This document shows, in pieces, positions 23,928 through 34,214 of a DNA stretch of 64,000 nt. The position numbers and the translations under genes are program-made. Position 1 is the stretch's first letter. Each line of letters begins with the position of its first letter. The DNA lies in assembly GCA_963749495.1 (NCBI GenBank), contig CAVVMW010000021.1, positions 896,001 through 960,000 of the forward strand, written 5' to 3'. Below the pieces are notes generated by a model. That model was given only the letters and a program-made list of their open reading frames with translations. It made no database searches and was not told the origin of the DNA. The stretch is from an uncultured bacterium. Lineage in GTDB: Bacteria > Verrucomicrobiota > Verrucomicrobiia > Limisphaerales > UBA8199.

Positions 23928-26900
23928 TCACGGCTCCTTGATCTCCGTTTTCTCCTTCGCCCCCGGATCCAGCGTCACCTGAATCCCCTTGACCGGGTTG
24001 CCCTCGGCATCGGTGAGCCGAATGGACCCCTTCCAGTCGCCGGTTTCATTCACGACTTTGAACACCAGCACGTTCAGCCCCGCGTTCAGGGCGATGTCTG
24101 GCACCTTATCCTGCTCGGCAGCGAAGGGACGCATGACGGGAGATTTATAGACCTGCTTCCCATTCAGATATACTTTCGCCTCATCGTCGCTGCCCACCAG
24201 CATCAGCAGCCCGCGCTGCTCGGCTTCCGACCGGATGTAGCAGACCGCGTAGGCTACGCTCTGAGTTGTCTCGTGCTCCAAGAGCGCGTTGAAGTCGATG
24301 ACCTCGTTCGTCAGGGCTACCTCCCGCCACTTCAACTCACCACCCCCAATGGACCTCGCCTCTCCCGCCTTGGGCCTGAGGCGGGCTTCGTCCTCAATCT
24401 GCTCGATGTCTAATCCCTCGGTGCCGCTCTGATTGGTGGCCAGGGCAATCGGCGCAAGGATCAGCCATTGCTTGATCGAATCACGGTCGCGAGCAATCCT
24501 TTGGCGCTCCTGTTCCGCCGTCCGCTCGCCTTGCAGGGCGGCAAGATACTGAGCTGCCGCCCGTTCTTCTTCCTGCCAGGCAGCGACCTGCTGGGCTGTG
24601 GCCGCCTCCCACACCTTGGCGGTCGCATCCCCACTGGCAGTGGCAATCCGCTGGCCGTCCGGGGAAAAGGCCACAGAAAGAACATCATAGCTGTGCCCCT
24701 TGAGCGTGAGTAGTTCCCGCCCGCTGGCCGCATCCCAGACCTTGGCCGTCGCATCCCAACTGCCGGTCACAATCCGCTGGCCGTCCGGGGAAAAGGTTAC
24801 AGATGCAATTGGACCGTTGTTGAGCGTGAGCAGTTCCTTGCTGCTGGCCGCATCCCACACCTTGGCCGTCAGATCCCAACTGCCAGTGACAATCCGCCGC
24901 CCGTCCAGCGGGGAAAAGGCCACGGAAGAAACCACATTGCTGTGCCCCCTGAGAGTGAGGATCTCCCGGCCATTGGCCGCGTCCCACACCTTGGCCGTCT
25001 GATCATAACCGCCACTGACAATCCGCTGCCCGTCCAGGGAAAAGGCCACAGACCTAATCCCATCGCTGTGGCCCTTGAGCGTGAGCAGGTTCCCGCCCAT
25101 TTTGTCGGCAGACAGGCCACCGGCCACGTCCCACACCTTGGCCGTATGGTCATCACTGCCAGTAACGATCCGCTGGCCGTCCGGGGAAAAGCCGACAGAA
25201 GAAATCATGCCGCCGTGCCCCTTGAACGTGAGCAGTTCCTTGCCGCTGACCGCCTCCCACACCTTGGCCGTATGGTCATCACTGCCAGTAACCATCCGCT
25301 GGCCGTCCGGGGAAAAGCCGACAGAATCAAAGGCCATGGTGTGCCCATTGAGAGTGACCAGTTCCTTGCCGCTGGCCGCATCCCACACCTTGGCCGTCTT
25401 GTCCTCACTGCCAGTAACGATCCGCTGGCCGTCCGGGGAAAAGCCGACAGAATTAATGACCATGGTGTGCCCATTGAGAGTGACCAATTCCTTGCCGCTG
25501 GCCGCCTCCCACACCTTGGCCGTATGATCGTCACTTGGCCAATCCCCGCTGCCAGTAGCGATCCGCTGACCGTCAGGGGAGAAGGCGACAGAATTGATGG
25601 CGGCGTGGTGCCCCTTGAGCGTGAGCAATTCCCGGCCACTGGCTGCCTCCCACACCTTGGCCGTCTGATCCAGACTACCAGTTAGAATCCGTTGGCCGTT
25701 CGGGGAGAAGGCCACAGACCTCACCCCGTCCAGATGGCCTCGGAGCGTCTTCAAGGCCAAGTGAGTTTTCGCTTGCCAATAATACCACTCAAAACCGCGA
25801 TCCGGAGAGTCTTGGGTGTCTTCGAGCAACTGGCGGAGGCGACCGATGTTGTTCTGGTCCCAGGCTTGCTGGGCCAGGTTCATGTCAGCCACGTAGAGGA
25901 GGTGGTCCGCCCGCAAGCGAGCCTGCTTCTCGGCTTGCTCCGCCGCTTGGGCTTTGTCGCGCTCCTTTTGGGCGGCGAGCCGTTGTTCCTTTTCGGCATT
26001 CCTGGCCCTGCTGGCCTCAACTGCCTGCCAACTGCTGACGCCGATTCCAATAACCAATGCCGCTACCACAACTGCCGCCGCTGTAAACGCCAGTTTATTG
26101 CGTCGCCACGCCTTCTGGAGCCGGTATGCCGTGCTCGGCGGCCTTGCTACGACCGGTTCGTTGTCGAGATGCCGCTGGATGTCCATCGCCAGACCGTTGG
26201 CCGTGTCGTAACGCCGTGTCCGGTCCTTCTCCAGGCACTTCATCACGATCCAATCCAGATCGCCTCGCAAGAGGCTCATGAGCTTGGGCGCCTCCGCCCC
26301 GCGACATTGGGTGGCCGTCGTCAACTCCTCCTTGCCCATCATGCTCAGCCGCGTCGAGGGCCGCGCCGGTTCCTTTTCCACAATCGTCCGCCGAATCTCA
26401 TCCAACCCCGCTGCCAGCAGTTCCTTCGCGTCAAAGGGCGTCTTGCCCACCAGCAACTCATACAGCAACACCCCCAGACTGTAGATGTCGCTGCGCGTAT
26501 CAATGTCCAATCCGCTCATCTCCGCCTGCTCCGGACTCATATAAGCCGGTGTCCCGATAAATTGCTGCAATTGCGTGTGAAGCGTCTTCTCTGTAAGCCT
26601 CTGCTGAGTCGCCTTGGCTATCCCAAAATCGATGACCTTGGGCACCGGCCTCCCCTCCTGCAGGGTCACCAGGATGTTCGAGGGCTTGATGTCGCGGTGG
26701 ATGATGCCCTTCTGGTGCGCGTGCTGAATGGCCTGGCAAACGGGGATGAACAAATCGAGCCGGTCCCGGGTGCCCAGCTTTTTCTGGTCGCAGTAACTGG
26801 TGATGGGAATGCCTTTGACCAGTTCCATCACAAAGAAAGGCCGCCCGCTCTCGGTCGCGCCCCCGTCGAACACCTTGGCAATGTTGGGATGGTCCATCAG

Positions 26901-27356
26901 CGCCAGCGCCTGGCGCTCGGCCTCGAACCGGGCCACGACCTGCCTTGTGTCCATCCCCAGCTTGATGATCTTCAGGGCCACCTGGCGGCGAACCGGCTCC
27001 TGCTGTTCGGCCACATACACCACCCCGAAGCCCCCCTCCCCGATTTGTTCGAGCAGCTTGTAGCGCCCAATGACCGTCCCCGGCCCCTCAGTCAGGGGTG
27101 TTTCATCCAGCAGCGTTGGCGTGATTTCGGTGGCGCCTTCTTCCGGGGGGTCGCTGCCAGCCTCCCCATTCAGCGCGGGGCCTCTCTCGCCTCCCTCATG
27201 GCCGGTGAGCCAGGCTTCTATCTCCACGCGCAAGGCCGCATCCCTGCCACACGCGCCATCCAGGAACGCGGCCCGCTCCAGGGGTGTTTTCCGCTTCAAC
27301 GCCTGCCGGAGGATGTCCTGCTTCCGCCCGTCGGACGGTGGTTCATGCGCCTGCAT
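23928..27356 (-). CDS. Ser/Thr protein kinase with WD40 repeats and a C-terminal PA14-like beta-sandwich
   Basis: GEGGFGVVY, HRDIKPSNI, DFGIAK and GTPAYMSPEQ motifs; TM helix; about 9 GH...SVAFSPDG...AKVW repeats; GSDDEAKVYLNG domain. Confidence 0.95.
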   Translation of the reverse strand: MQAHEPPSDGRKQDILRQALKRKTPLERAAFLDGACGRDAALRVEIEAWLTGHEGGERGPALNGEAGSDPPEEGATEITPTLLDETPLTEGPGTVIGRYKLLEQIGEGGFGVVYVAEQQEPVRRQVALKIIKLGMDTRQVVARFEAERQALALMDHPNIAKVFDGGATESGRPFFVMELVKGIPITSYCDQKKLGTRDRLDLFIPVCQAIQHAHQKGIIHRDIKPSNILVTLQEGRPVPKVIDFGIAKATQQRLTEKTLHTQLQQFIGTPAYMSPEQAEMSGLDIDTRSDIYSLGVLLYELLVGKTPFDAKELLAAGLDEIRRTIVEKEPARPSTRLSMMGKEELTTATQCRGAEAPKLMSLLRGDLDWIVMKCLEKDRTRRYDTANGLAMDIQRHLDNEPVVARPPSTAYRLQKAWRRNKLAFTAAAVVVAALVIGIGVSSWQAVEASRARNAEKEQRLAAQKERDKAQAAEQAEKQARLRADHLLYVADMNLAQQAWDQNNIGRLRQLLEDTQDSPDRGFEWYYWQAKTHLALKTLRGHLDGVRSVAFSPNGQRILTGSLDQTAKVWEAASGRELLTLKGHHAAINSVAFSPDGQRIATGSGDWPSDDHTAKVWEAASGKELVTLNGHTMVINSVGFSPDGQRIVTGSEDKTAKVWDAASGKELVTLNGHTMAFDSVGFSPDGQRMVTGSDDHTAKVWEAVSGKELLTFKGHGGMISSVGFSPDGQRIVTGSDDHTAKVWDVAGGLSADKMGGNLLTLKGHSDGIRSVAFSLDGQRIVSGGYDQTAKVWDAANGREILTLRGHSNVVSSVAFSPLDGRRIVTGSWDLTAKVWDAASSKELLTLNNGPIASVTFSPDGQRIVTGSWDATAKVWDAASGRELLTLKGHSYDVLSVAFSPDGQRIATASGDATAKVWEAATAQQVAAWQEEERAAAQYLAALQGERTAEQERQRIARDRDSIKQWLILAPIALATNQSGTEGLDIEQIEDEARLRPKAGEARSIGGGELKWREVALTNEVIDFNALLEHETTQSVAYAVCYIRSEAEQRGLLMLVGSDDEAKVYLNGKQVYKSPVMRPFAAEQDKVPDIALNAGLNVLVFKVVNETGDWKGSIRLTDAEGNPVKGIQVTLDPGAKEKTEIKEP

Positions 27357-27403
27357 GACAGCTTTGGCCCATAGTGCTCACAAGTTAAACTAACCATCCC
27401 GGC

Positions 27404-27680
27404 GTGTCCAGCCCATCCTTCGCGCCGTTCGCGCATGACAACGACACTCTCATCGCGCAAAACTTTCAGCACACCGAAACGGACGTGCGGCTTGGCGTAA
27501 CCGGCGACTTTGCCAGGCTGCGCAATCTGGTGACTGACGAAGTCATTGCCCGGCAGACGCCGCAGGAATCCGGGCAAGGCCAGCGCGGCGGCGGTCGCGG
27601 CGGTGGAGAACAGCGCGCGTCCTTCAACGTGCATCTGCTGCCGCACAGCTACGTGGTCCTCGCAGCGGAGAAATCCTCTC
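27404..27680 (+). pseudogene. Probable C-terminal remnant of a hypothetical protein
   Basis: Protein-like fragment (..LRNLVTDEVI..HLLPHSYVVL) with no convincing start context; family not identified. Confidence 0.3.
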
Positions 27681-28149
27681 ATTTTCGGCGACGACCTGGA
27701 CGTGCTCGACGCGAAGGCCGAGCCGCTGATGAACTGAAGTCGCAAATCTGGATCGTGGCGTCGTGATCCGAGTCTGATTCCAGGGTTGGATGCGTTGTGA
27801 GCAATCCGTGCCACCGATGGCGCGAACGTATATCAAAAGCGACGGTTCGGAACTGCACAGGCCGTAAGCTCAGTTCGCGCACCCGGTCCTTCTTCTTCTC
27901 GAAAGAGCTGTCAATTGCCGTGTTTTGTAACATCTGTCCCTGGTCAGCGGCGAGAATGTCCATGCCCCGCAACCAGAGTTGTCGGTAGACCCTTTGGGTG
28001 TCGTCGAGGTTCGTGATCCCGGTGATCACCGAGTCATCCCACCCGAATTGTTCTCGGTAGTACCTGGAAGCCGATGCCGTCGAGGAAGCGGTCTCCCCCC
28101 CACCAGCGGCATATGCCACAGGCTCGGGATGCCGCGCGGGTTGAGCTCG

Positions 28150-28300
28150 GTGGGCACCTCGGCCCCCAGTTGATCCGATACTCGCGCGCCTTGGGCGCAG
28201 CGCATGGGGCCTGCGGCTCAAAGAGCCTCCCGAGGGTCACGCCGAGGCTGCCGACCAGGCCCACAAGCAGGAAATCGCGCCGGCCCGGGCGCCAGGGCAC
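28150..28300 (-). pseudogene. Tat-leader fragment resembling the N-terminus of DUF1501 proteins
   Basis: RRDFLLVGLVGSLGVTL...APKAR followed by loss of frame. Confidence 0.4.
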
Positions 28301-29031
28301 GCCCCGCCGGCAAGATCAAACCCGGGTGCGATTGAGCGATTAAGAGCGTCGGCCGGGACGGCCCACAGTTTTACCGCGCCATCGGCCTGCGTAAACCCAT
28401 CAACACGGGCAGCCGGAGCGCAAACATTCTTGTCCGCTTCCGGTATTGGCATGACCGAGAGCGCGGCCATCTCGGCGGCGTGTTCCGCTCCTTCCACGCC
28501 GACAAAGATGCCGGCGCTCCCGGTCCTGCGAAAAAATCCGAGCTGCGCCCCCGTTTATGCCTGCTATCGATTGCTGCGGTTTTCGTCCGCCCCGAACAGG
28601 GCAAGATAAGACACCCAGGCATCGCCCCGGGAAAAACCGTGAATGGACCCCGCAAGCGCTGAAACGGGGCGATGGGGGAATGCCCCGCGAAGATCATCGG
28701 GCAATCGCCGCTAAGGAAAAGGACCGTCAATTTCTGAGAGGCGGAAGATCGATAGATAAGCCCTTTGGCACCTCGACGTGAGAATTCACCATGGCGTGGC
28801 AGTCACGACAGCCAGGATCCGGACCGCGTCAAGGCAAACATATAACTACTCATGCGAGCGAGCGAAACCTGGTTGACTGGTGAATTGGCGTTTTGTCAGA
28901 GCCAGCCACGGCCGTAAACGGTGGCGGCGCTCAAGCTGCGGTCTCCTGGGCAAGGTCAACTTCACGCCATCTGCTTTGCGGCCTCTGACTCCTGGAAGAC
29001 CGACGGGTGGCAGGTCGTTGTCAGCCGTCGG

Positions 29032-29877
29032 TCAACGCCGCCAACTCCGAGTGTAGTTATAAGTTCGGCCCTTTGCGGCGAGGATGGGTGAGGTTCCGCT
29101 GGGGGTGGACGCTCCGAGTCGAGTCGCTGCTGCTCCACCGGTGCCCCGGTCCCCGTGGGGAGCTTGCCATTGACAGAACTCAGCGCCGTGTTGGTCCGTG
29201 CGCCGAACGACCGCGAGCGGTTGTTCGGCGAACCGCCCAGTTGGCTGCTGAGCCCGGCGGACGGCGAGCAACTGGACGGCCCGGACTGGCGCCCGGTTCG
29301 GGTCCGGGTAGCGCAGTTGCAACGCCTGGCCGGCGAAAGCCCGGGCCGTGTCTTCGCTCAAGATGGCCCGGCGGAAGCTGGCAACCCGGTCGCCCAGCAC
29401 GCGAAGCTGGCTCAAGATTTTGAAGCTCGCCTGGATGATCTCGGGTGACTCGTCGCCCGTGTGGCGAACATAGACGCTCGGAATGAGGCTGTCGGGGACC
29501 ATCAACCCGTTGCGGCAGACAAAGCGAAACAGGCCGGCATGGATTTGGTAACCACTGCTCCGGTCGTGCGAGTTGAGTAAGATCACCTCGGGCGCATAGT
29601 CGCCCACTTCGGCAACCTGGTCGCGGCGCTGAAAGCGGACCAAGTGCCGCTGGAACCCCGCGCGCTCAAGGTGGCGGACACCCATCTGCCGGGCTTCAAC
29701 CGGCTTCCATCCTTCCTGCCGCATGGCCTCCACGATCCGCCCGGTGGGCAGGAACGTGTAGCGGTCGGACGCTCCGGGCATGGGTGCCTCGGCGAATTCG
29801 GCCGGGGCCGCGCTACGCAGTTCGGCGTCCGTGATCTCGGGGCGGTGGATGTTGCTGTTGCTATTGCTGTCGAACAT
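29032..29877 (-). CDS. DUF932-family (phage/plasmid-associated) protein, C-terminus probably degraded
   Basis: SDRYTFLPT..VEAMRQEGW, FQRHLVRF, EVILLNSHDRSSGYQIHAGLFRFVCRNGL. Confidence 0.85.
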   Translation of the reverse strand: MFDSNSNSNIHRPEITDAELRSAAPAEFAEAPMPGASDRYTFLPTGRIVEAMRQEGWKPVEARQMGVRHLERAGFQRHLVRFQRRDQVAEVGDYAPEVILLNSHDRSSGYQIHAGLFRFVCRNGLMVPDSLIPSVYVRHTGDESPEIIQASFKILSQLRVLGDRVASFRRAILSEDTARAFAGQALQLRYPDPNRAPVRAVQLLAVRRAQQPTGRFAEQPLAVVRRTDQHGAEFCQWQAPHGDRGTGGAAATRLGASTPSGTSPILAAKGRTYNYTRSWRR

Positions 29878-30434
29878 AACTGTCCTTTCTGTATTGGGTT
29901 TATTTGTTGTGTGTGGAATCGTGTTCGGTGCGGTTATCGGGCAAGGCGCGCAGTCGCTTGGGCCTCGGCGGCGGCGATGGTTAAATCCCACAGCGTGCGG
30001 TCGGCGCTGGACCAGCAGGGCCTCGATCAACTGCCGGTCCTGGGGGCGTGACGTGAGATTGAGCATGAGGCTCTCCCCGCTGTGCCAGCAGGCCCCCGCT
30101 TGAGAGATAAGCAGGCCCGCGCTCACCGCCTGCTCCCGGCCCTGCCAGAGGATCACCAGGTATTTGGCAAATGGCGCCTGCTGTGCCCTGGAACTCTGTT
30201 CGGATTGCTCTTGAGCCCTTCTCCCTGTCTGTGTTGTCGTGGTGGTGTTCATGATCTTTTTTTCGCGCTCTGCTGTTCGTCTTGTCCGTCGCCCTTCGCC
30301 CGGCGAGAGGGCGCATGACAAGATTCTTCAAACCCTGTGGTTTGCGAGGATTTCGGGAGGTTTCGTATGTGAGGCCCATATATACACCGCTTGGTCCTCT
30401 CCCTGAGGCCAGGCCTGGGGTTGGCACGCTGGCG

Positions 30435-30660
30435 TTCAGGCCGAAGGCCTGGTTCATACCAGCCCAGGGCAAGGCCCGCCGGAGCGCAGCGCAGGCGGGC
30501 CGCCGCCCTGGGTCCACCGCACATTGCATTCTGTTGCAGGCCAACGGCCTGCCTCAAAAAGCTCCCGGAGGATGAATCGCGCTTTCAGCGCTCCAGATGA
30601 TTATTGGCGGCTGTTCCCAGGGCGTTGCCCGGGCTGGTATGAGCGACGCCTTTGGCGTCC
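30435..30660. repeat. REP/REPIN-like cluster (CCAGCCCAGGGC...GCCCTGGG family)
   Basis: tcataccagcccagggcaa ... ttgcccgggctggtatga outer inverted repeat with ggccgaaggcc / ggccaacggcc units. Confidence 0.7.
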
Positions 30661-31058
30661 CGAGCACGCACCGCCGGTGCCATCGTGCAGCAGGAGAATT
30701 CTGTCGTGCGCCCCCGCCGAGAGACCGCCAGCCGGGGCGGCCAGCGGGAGTAGTCTTCAGAGGGCACCGCGCCCGGCCCCCCGGCTGACAAGCGGTCGGT
30801 AGAGGGCGATGGGCAAGGCGAACGGCAGAACAAAAAACGATCTGAACAGCCGAACACCACGACAACGGACAGGGGAAGCGGACCGGAGAGAAGCGAACCC
30901 TGGCCCCCACCTTTCGAGCGAAGCGAGCTAATTCTGCCTCTGGCTCGCTCGGCGAGTTTCTGCAAGCCGGGAGCGCAACGGAGCGTTTGGCCTGGGCGCC
31001 CGCGTTAGGGGACAGGGGCGCGGATCAGCGGCTAGGGCAAGAAGCGAAGCGGAGCGGC

Positions 31059-31080
31059 GGCGAAAGAAAGCTCACGAGGG
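31059..31080 (+). repeat. 22-bp direct repeat, copy 1 (GGCGAAAGAAAGCTCACGAGGG)
   Basis: Identical to 33215-33236. Confidence 0.85.
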
Positions 31081-31251
31081 AGCCTCGGCGGGGGAGCCAA
31101 GTCTTGCCGTGTTTCGCGAAGTGGGGTGGCGGGGAGCGCGAAAGCCGGCAAGTCTTGGCGACGGGGGAGGACCTTCTGCGTTTCCCTTCATTCGGCATCG
31201 TAAGCCGGAGCGTAACCATGCCCACTCCCTGCGGTGGAAACGGCGCTTTTG

Positions 31252-32803
31252 CTAAAGAGATTTCTGAATCCAGTCGAACTTGCGACGTGCGTAGTCCATG
31301 CACCGCTTAAATGTCTCTTTGGTGTGCAGGAAATCGTGTTTTTCCCTTTGTAACCGGTTCGGCGAAGTCCTTGTGGGTAAGAATATGCCGGAGGATCATG
31401 CACACCTTGCCGACGGCTAGGTCGCGAAGATATTCGCGGAATTCCCACTGCACCGCAAGGTCCTCCGCGAAGGCGTCCAGGTGGTCCTTTAGTTTGGGAT
31501 CGTTAAGCAGGCCCTGAATTAAGAGCGCGCACACCAGATTTTTGGCGCGCTGCACCGGGGTGCTCCACTTCCGGCCCATCCGCTCACGAAGATGCTCTGT
31601 GGGGCTTCGGATCGCCTTATAGACCTTATAGACGAGCACGATCCTGCTGGCATCTACTTCCAGGTAGCTCGAGCGGAATGTTTTTGCGTATCGATCCTGG
31701 TTCTCAAAGATGTAGGGAAGCTTAGACATATATCCGATCTCTCCCTGGACGGCCAAGAGCGTCCGCGCCAGAGGCTCGATGCGCATGTCATGGCCGGGAT
31801 CAACGCCCATGCCTTCAAGCTCCTCTTCGGAATAATTCTGGAACGCCCGTTCTTGGCGAGAATAGAATACGTTCGCTTCCTCCCGGAATTTGTCCTGAAG
31901 GTCGCACTGGATGCGGTCATTCGCACGGAGGTCCCAGGGCTCGACGCGGTTTTGGCAATTATTGCAGATTGTCACGTTCGTGACAAAATCGCTGGTGGGG
32001 TCGTATTCAATGATCTTTGCCAGAACCTGAATCCCCCCAAGCTTCGCTTCGTTTTCTTTAAGAGCCGGGTTCTGAGAGTTGTCTTCAAGGAACTTCGCAA
32101 CGCTGGTGATAGTCTGCGCTCCATTTAGCAGCCGCGGCACGGTCAGTGTCGCCTTCCCGTCATTCAGGGCGACCCGCTCCGCCGCGAGCGCAACGCCGTT
32201 GTGGTTGAACGGGAAGAGTTCTGGGGAGAGCGACTGCTTGATCACAATGTCAGCCAGCGCTTCGCGAATCTTGCGGTTGGGATGCTTCTCCGCTGAGAGG
32301 CCAAAGCGGAGATTGCGGCTCAGGAAGCGGCCCTTCAATCGCTCCCAGATGCGGTAGAGGTCCATTAGCGGCACGAAACCGACAAACATCGTGACGCCAT
32401 CGCTTGTCTGCAGCGACGAGTGCCGGGCGAGCGCGATCGTGCCAATGTCGGAGACAGGGGTGGGCGGAGGTGGCCGATTGTGGCAGATGAATTCGACTAT
32501 CAACTCCACTTCGGGATTACTGAAAAACTCCTGAACGAGATGTCGCTTGTTTTCAATGTTTTCTCGGCGAATGTCCAATCCTCGGCTGGAATTGACTTTG
32601 TCGGCCTCGCCCATGAAAACCATGTGTATGAAAACGCGGTCCACCTTAGGGCGCTCTTCCAATTCACGGCGGAGGTCGTTTAGAAACTCGTTCTTGTCAG
32701 GGTCTGCCATCGGGTTACCAAACACGCGGCTGATACCATCCTTCGCGATGCGATCCATGGACTCTTTGAATTTATTGGGGTCCTCGGACCATTTGAATTG
32801 GGG
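31252..32803 (-). pseudogene. AIPR (abortive infection phage resistance) family protein, 5'-truncated
   Basis: FLSRNLRFGL, FPFNHNGV, LLNGAQT, NNCQNRVEPWDLRAND motifs. Homology appears to stop at QFKWS (~32803). An A-run shift at ~31343 restores the end ...FDWIQKSL*. Confidence 0.82.
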
Positions 32804-32890
32804 GTCCTGCCTGCAAATAGCTGTGGCGCCTTCATCGCGTGCCGCCCCTTTCCACCTCCCGTCCGCCCCCTGGGAGTCACCAGCGTAGCG

Positions 32891-33105
32891 CCTGCGTCGC
32901 GTAGCGACGCGCTGAAGGTAGCCGTGGACCTCGGTCCACGGTTTGGGGCGTGGGAATGGCCGCGCGTCGCGTAGCGACGCCTGAGGGCTTGGCCATGGCC
33001 AAATCGCATCCTGACCTCAAGCGTCGCTACGCGACGCAGGTGAGCTTGGGCCATGGGTCCGTGGACTGGAAGTCCACGGCTACCATCAGGCACCGCTACG
33101 CGGTG
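32891..33105. repeat. REP/REPIN-like cluster (GCGTCGCGTAGCGACGC family)
   Basis: Three to four gcgtcgcgtagcgacgc / cgctacgcg units plus ccgtggac...gtccacgg hairpins in both orientations. Confidence 0.78.
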
Positions 33106-33214
33106 AAGCAGGCTCCCGGCGCGCCCAGTATTGGTCCGCAGACTTCTTAGCCTTCATCACTCCAGGCAGGAACTTCCCGGATGGGCCTTTTGTGTTCCAC
33201 ACGGTAGCCGGGAG

Positions 33215-33236
33215 GGCGAAAGAAAGCTCACGAGGG
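33215..33236 (+). repeat. 22-bp direct repeat, copy 2
   Basis: Identical to 31059-31080. Confidence 0.85.
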
Positions 33237-33473
33237 CCAGCGGATGAGCAGGCTCGGACGATGGGGGCGTGTTGGTGGTTGTGTTGGTTCTCGTCCCTCG
33301 TTTTTCACATTGTTGCACCCTGTTTCAAATCGGTTGGTGAAAACTGTCAGCGGCGGCGGGAACGCGGATGAAAAGCGCCGGTTCCAAAATCTGAGCGGGC
33401 GGAGGGTCGAAAAGCAAACAACCGGCAGCTTCTGCTGCCGGTTTTGCGACGGAACTGATAGTGGAGAACCGGA

Positions 33474-34214
33474 TCACGTTTGGATTTGGTCTTTCATGCG
33501 AAAGCTGGTGCCTTCGACGACGACCGTCTCGGCGTGATGGAGGAGCCGATCCAGGACGGCGGAGGCCAGCGTGGCGTCATTGTTGAAGATGCTGGCCCAC
33601 TGTTTGAAGGGTTTGTTGGTAGTCACCACGATGGAACCGCGCTCGTAGCGCTGGCTGATAACCTGGAAGAGCAGGTCGGCGCCATGCTGGTCGATGGGCA
33701 GGTAGCCGATCTCATCCAAGATCAACAGCCGGGGACGGAGGTATTTGCGGAGTTCACTTTTGAGGCGGCTGCTTTTCTGGGCGGCGCTGAGTTGGTTGAT
33801 GACATTGATGGCGTTGGCAAAGAGAACCGAGTGGCCCTCCAGACAGGCCGCGTAGCCGAGGGCGGTGGCCAAGTGGGTCTTGCCCAAGCCAACGTTGCCC
33901 AGGAAGATGGCGTTGGCGTTCTGTTCCAGGAACTGCAGGCGAAAGAGGTTCTGCACCTGGAGCCGATTGATTTTCTTAAGCCAATCCCACTGGAACTGTT
34001 CGAGGGTCTTGATGACCGGAAAGCGCGCGGCCTTCACGTGCAGGGCCACGGCGCGCTCCCGGCGCTGCTGGTATTGGCCGTCGATGAGCCGGGCCAGGTA
34101 TTCGGCGTGAGTCCAGGGCTGCCGGGCAGCCTGCTGGGCCAGGTCGTCGTATTGCGCCTTCAGGAAAGGCAGTTTGAGGTAGTCGAGTTGCTGAGCCAGG
34201 AGGGAGGGGTTCAT
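33474..34214 (-). CDS. istB: IS21 helper AAA+ ATPase
   Basis: Walker A GNVGLGKT, Walker B LLILDEIGY, AVLDRLLHH. Confidence 0.95.
   Translation of the reverse strand: MNPSLLAQQLDYLKLPFLKAQYDDLAQQAARQPWTHAEYLARLIDGQYQQRRERAVALHVKAARFPVIKTLEQFQWDWLKKINRLQVQNLFRLQFLEQNANAIFLGNVGLGKTHLATALGYAACLEGHSVLFANAINVINQLSAAQKSSRLKSELRKYLRPRLLILDEIGYLPIDQHGADLLFQVISQRYERGSIVVTTNKPFKQWASIFNNDATLASAVLDRLLHHAETVVVEGTSFRMKDQIQT

Noticed and set aside
24560..25740. Regular ~126-bp DNA repeats as a possible CRISPR or tandem array
   Set aside because: They are in-frame WD40 coding repeats of the kinase; there are no unique spacers or cas genes.
29878..30321. 429-aa DUF932 fusion as given by the ORF track
   Set aside because: An AGAAAGGA RBS precedes the ATG at 29877; the upstream part is more likely a separate small ORF or read-through.
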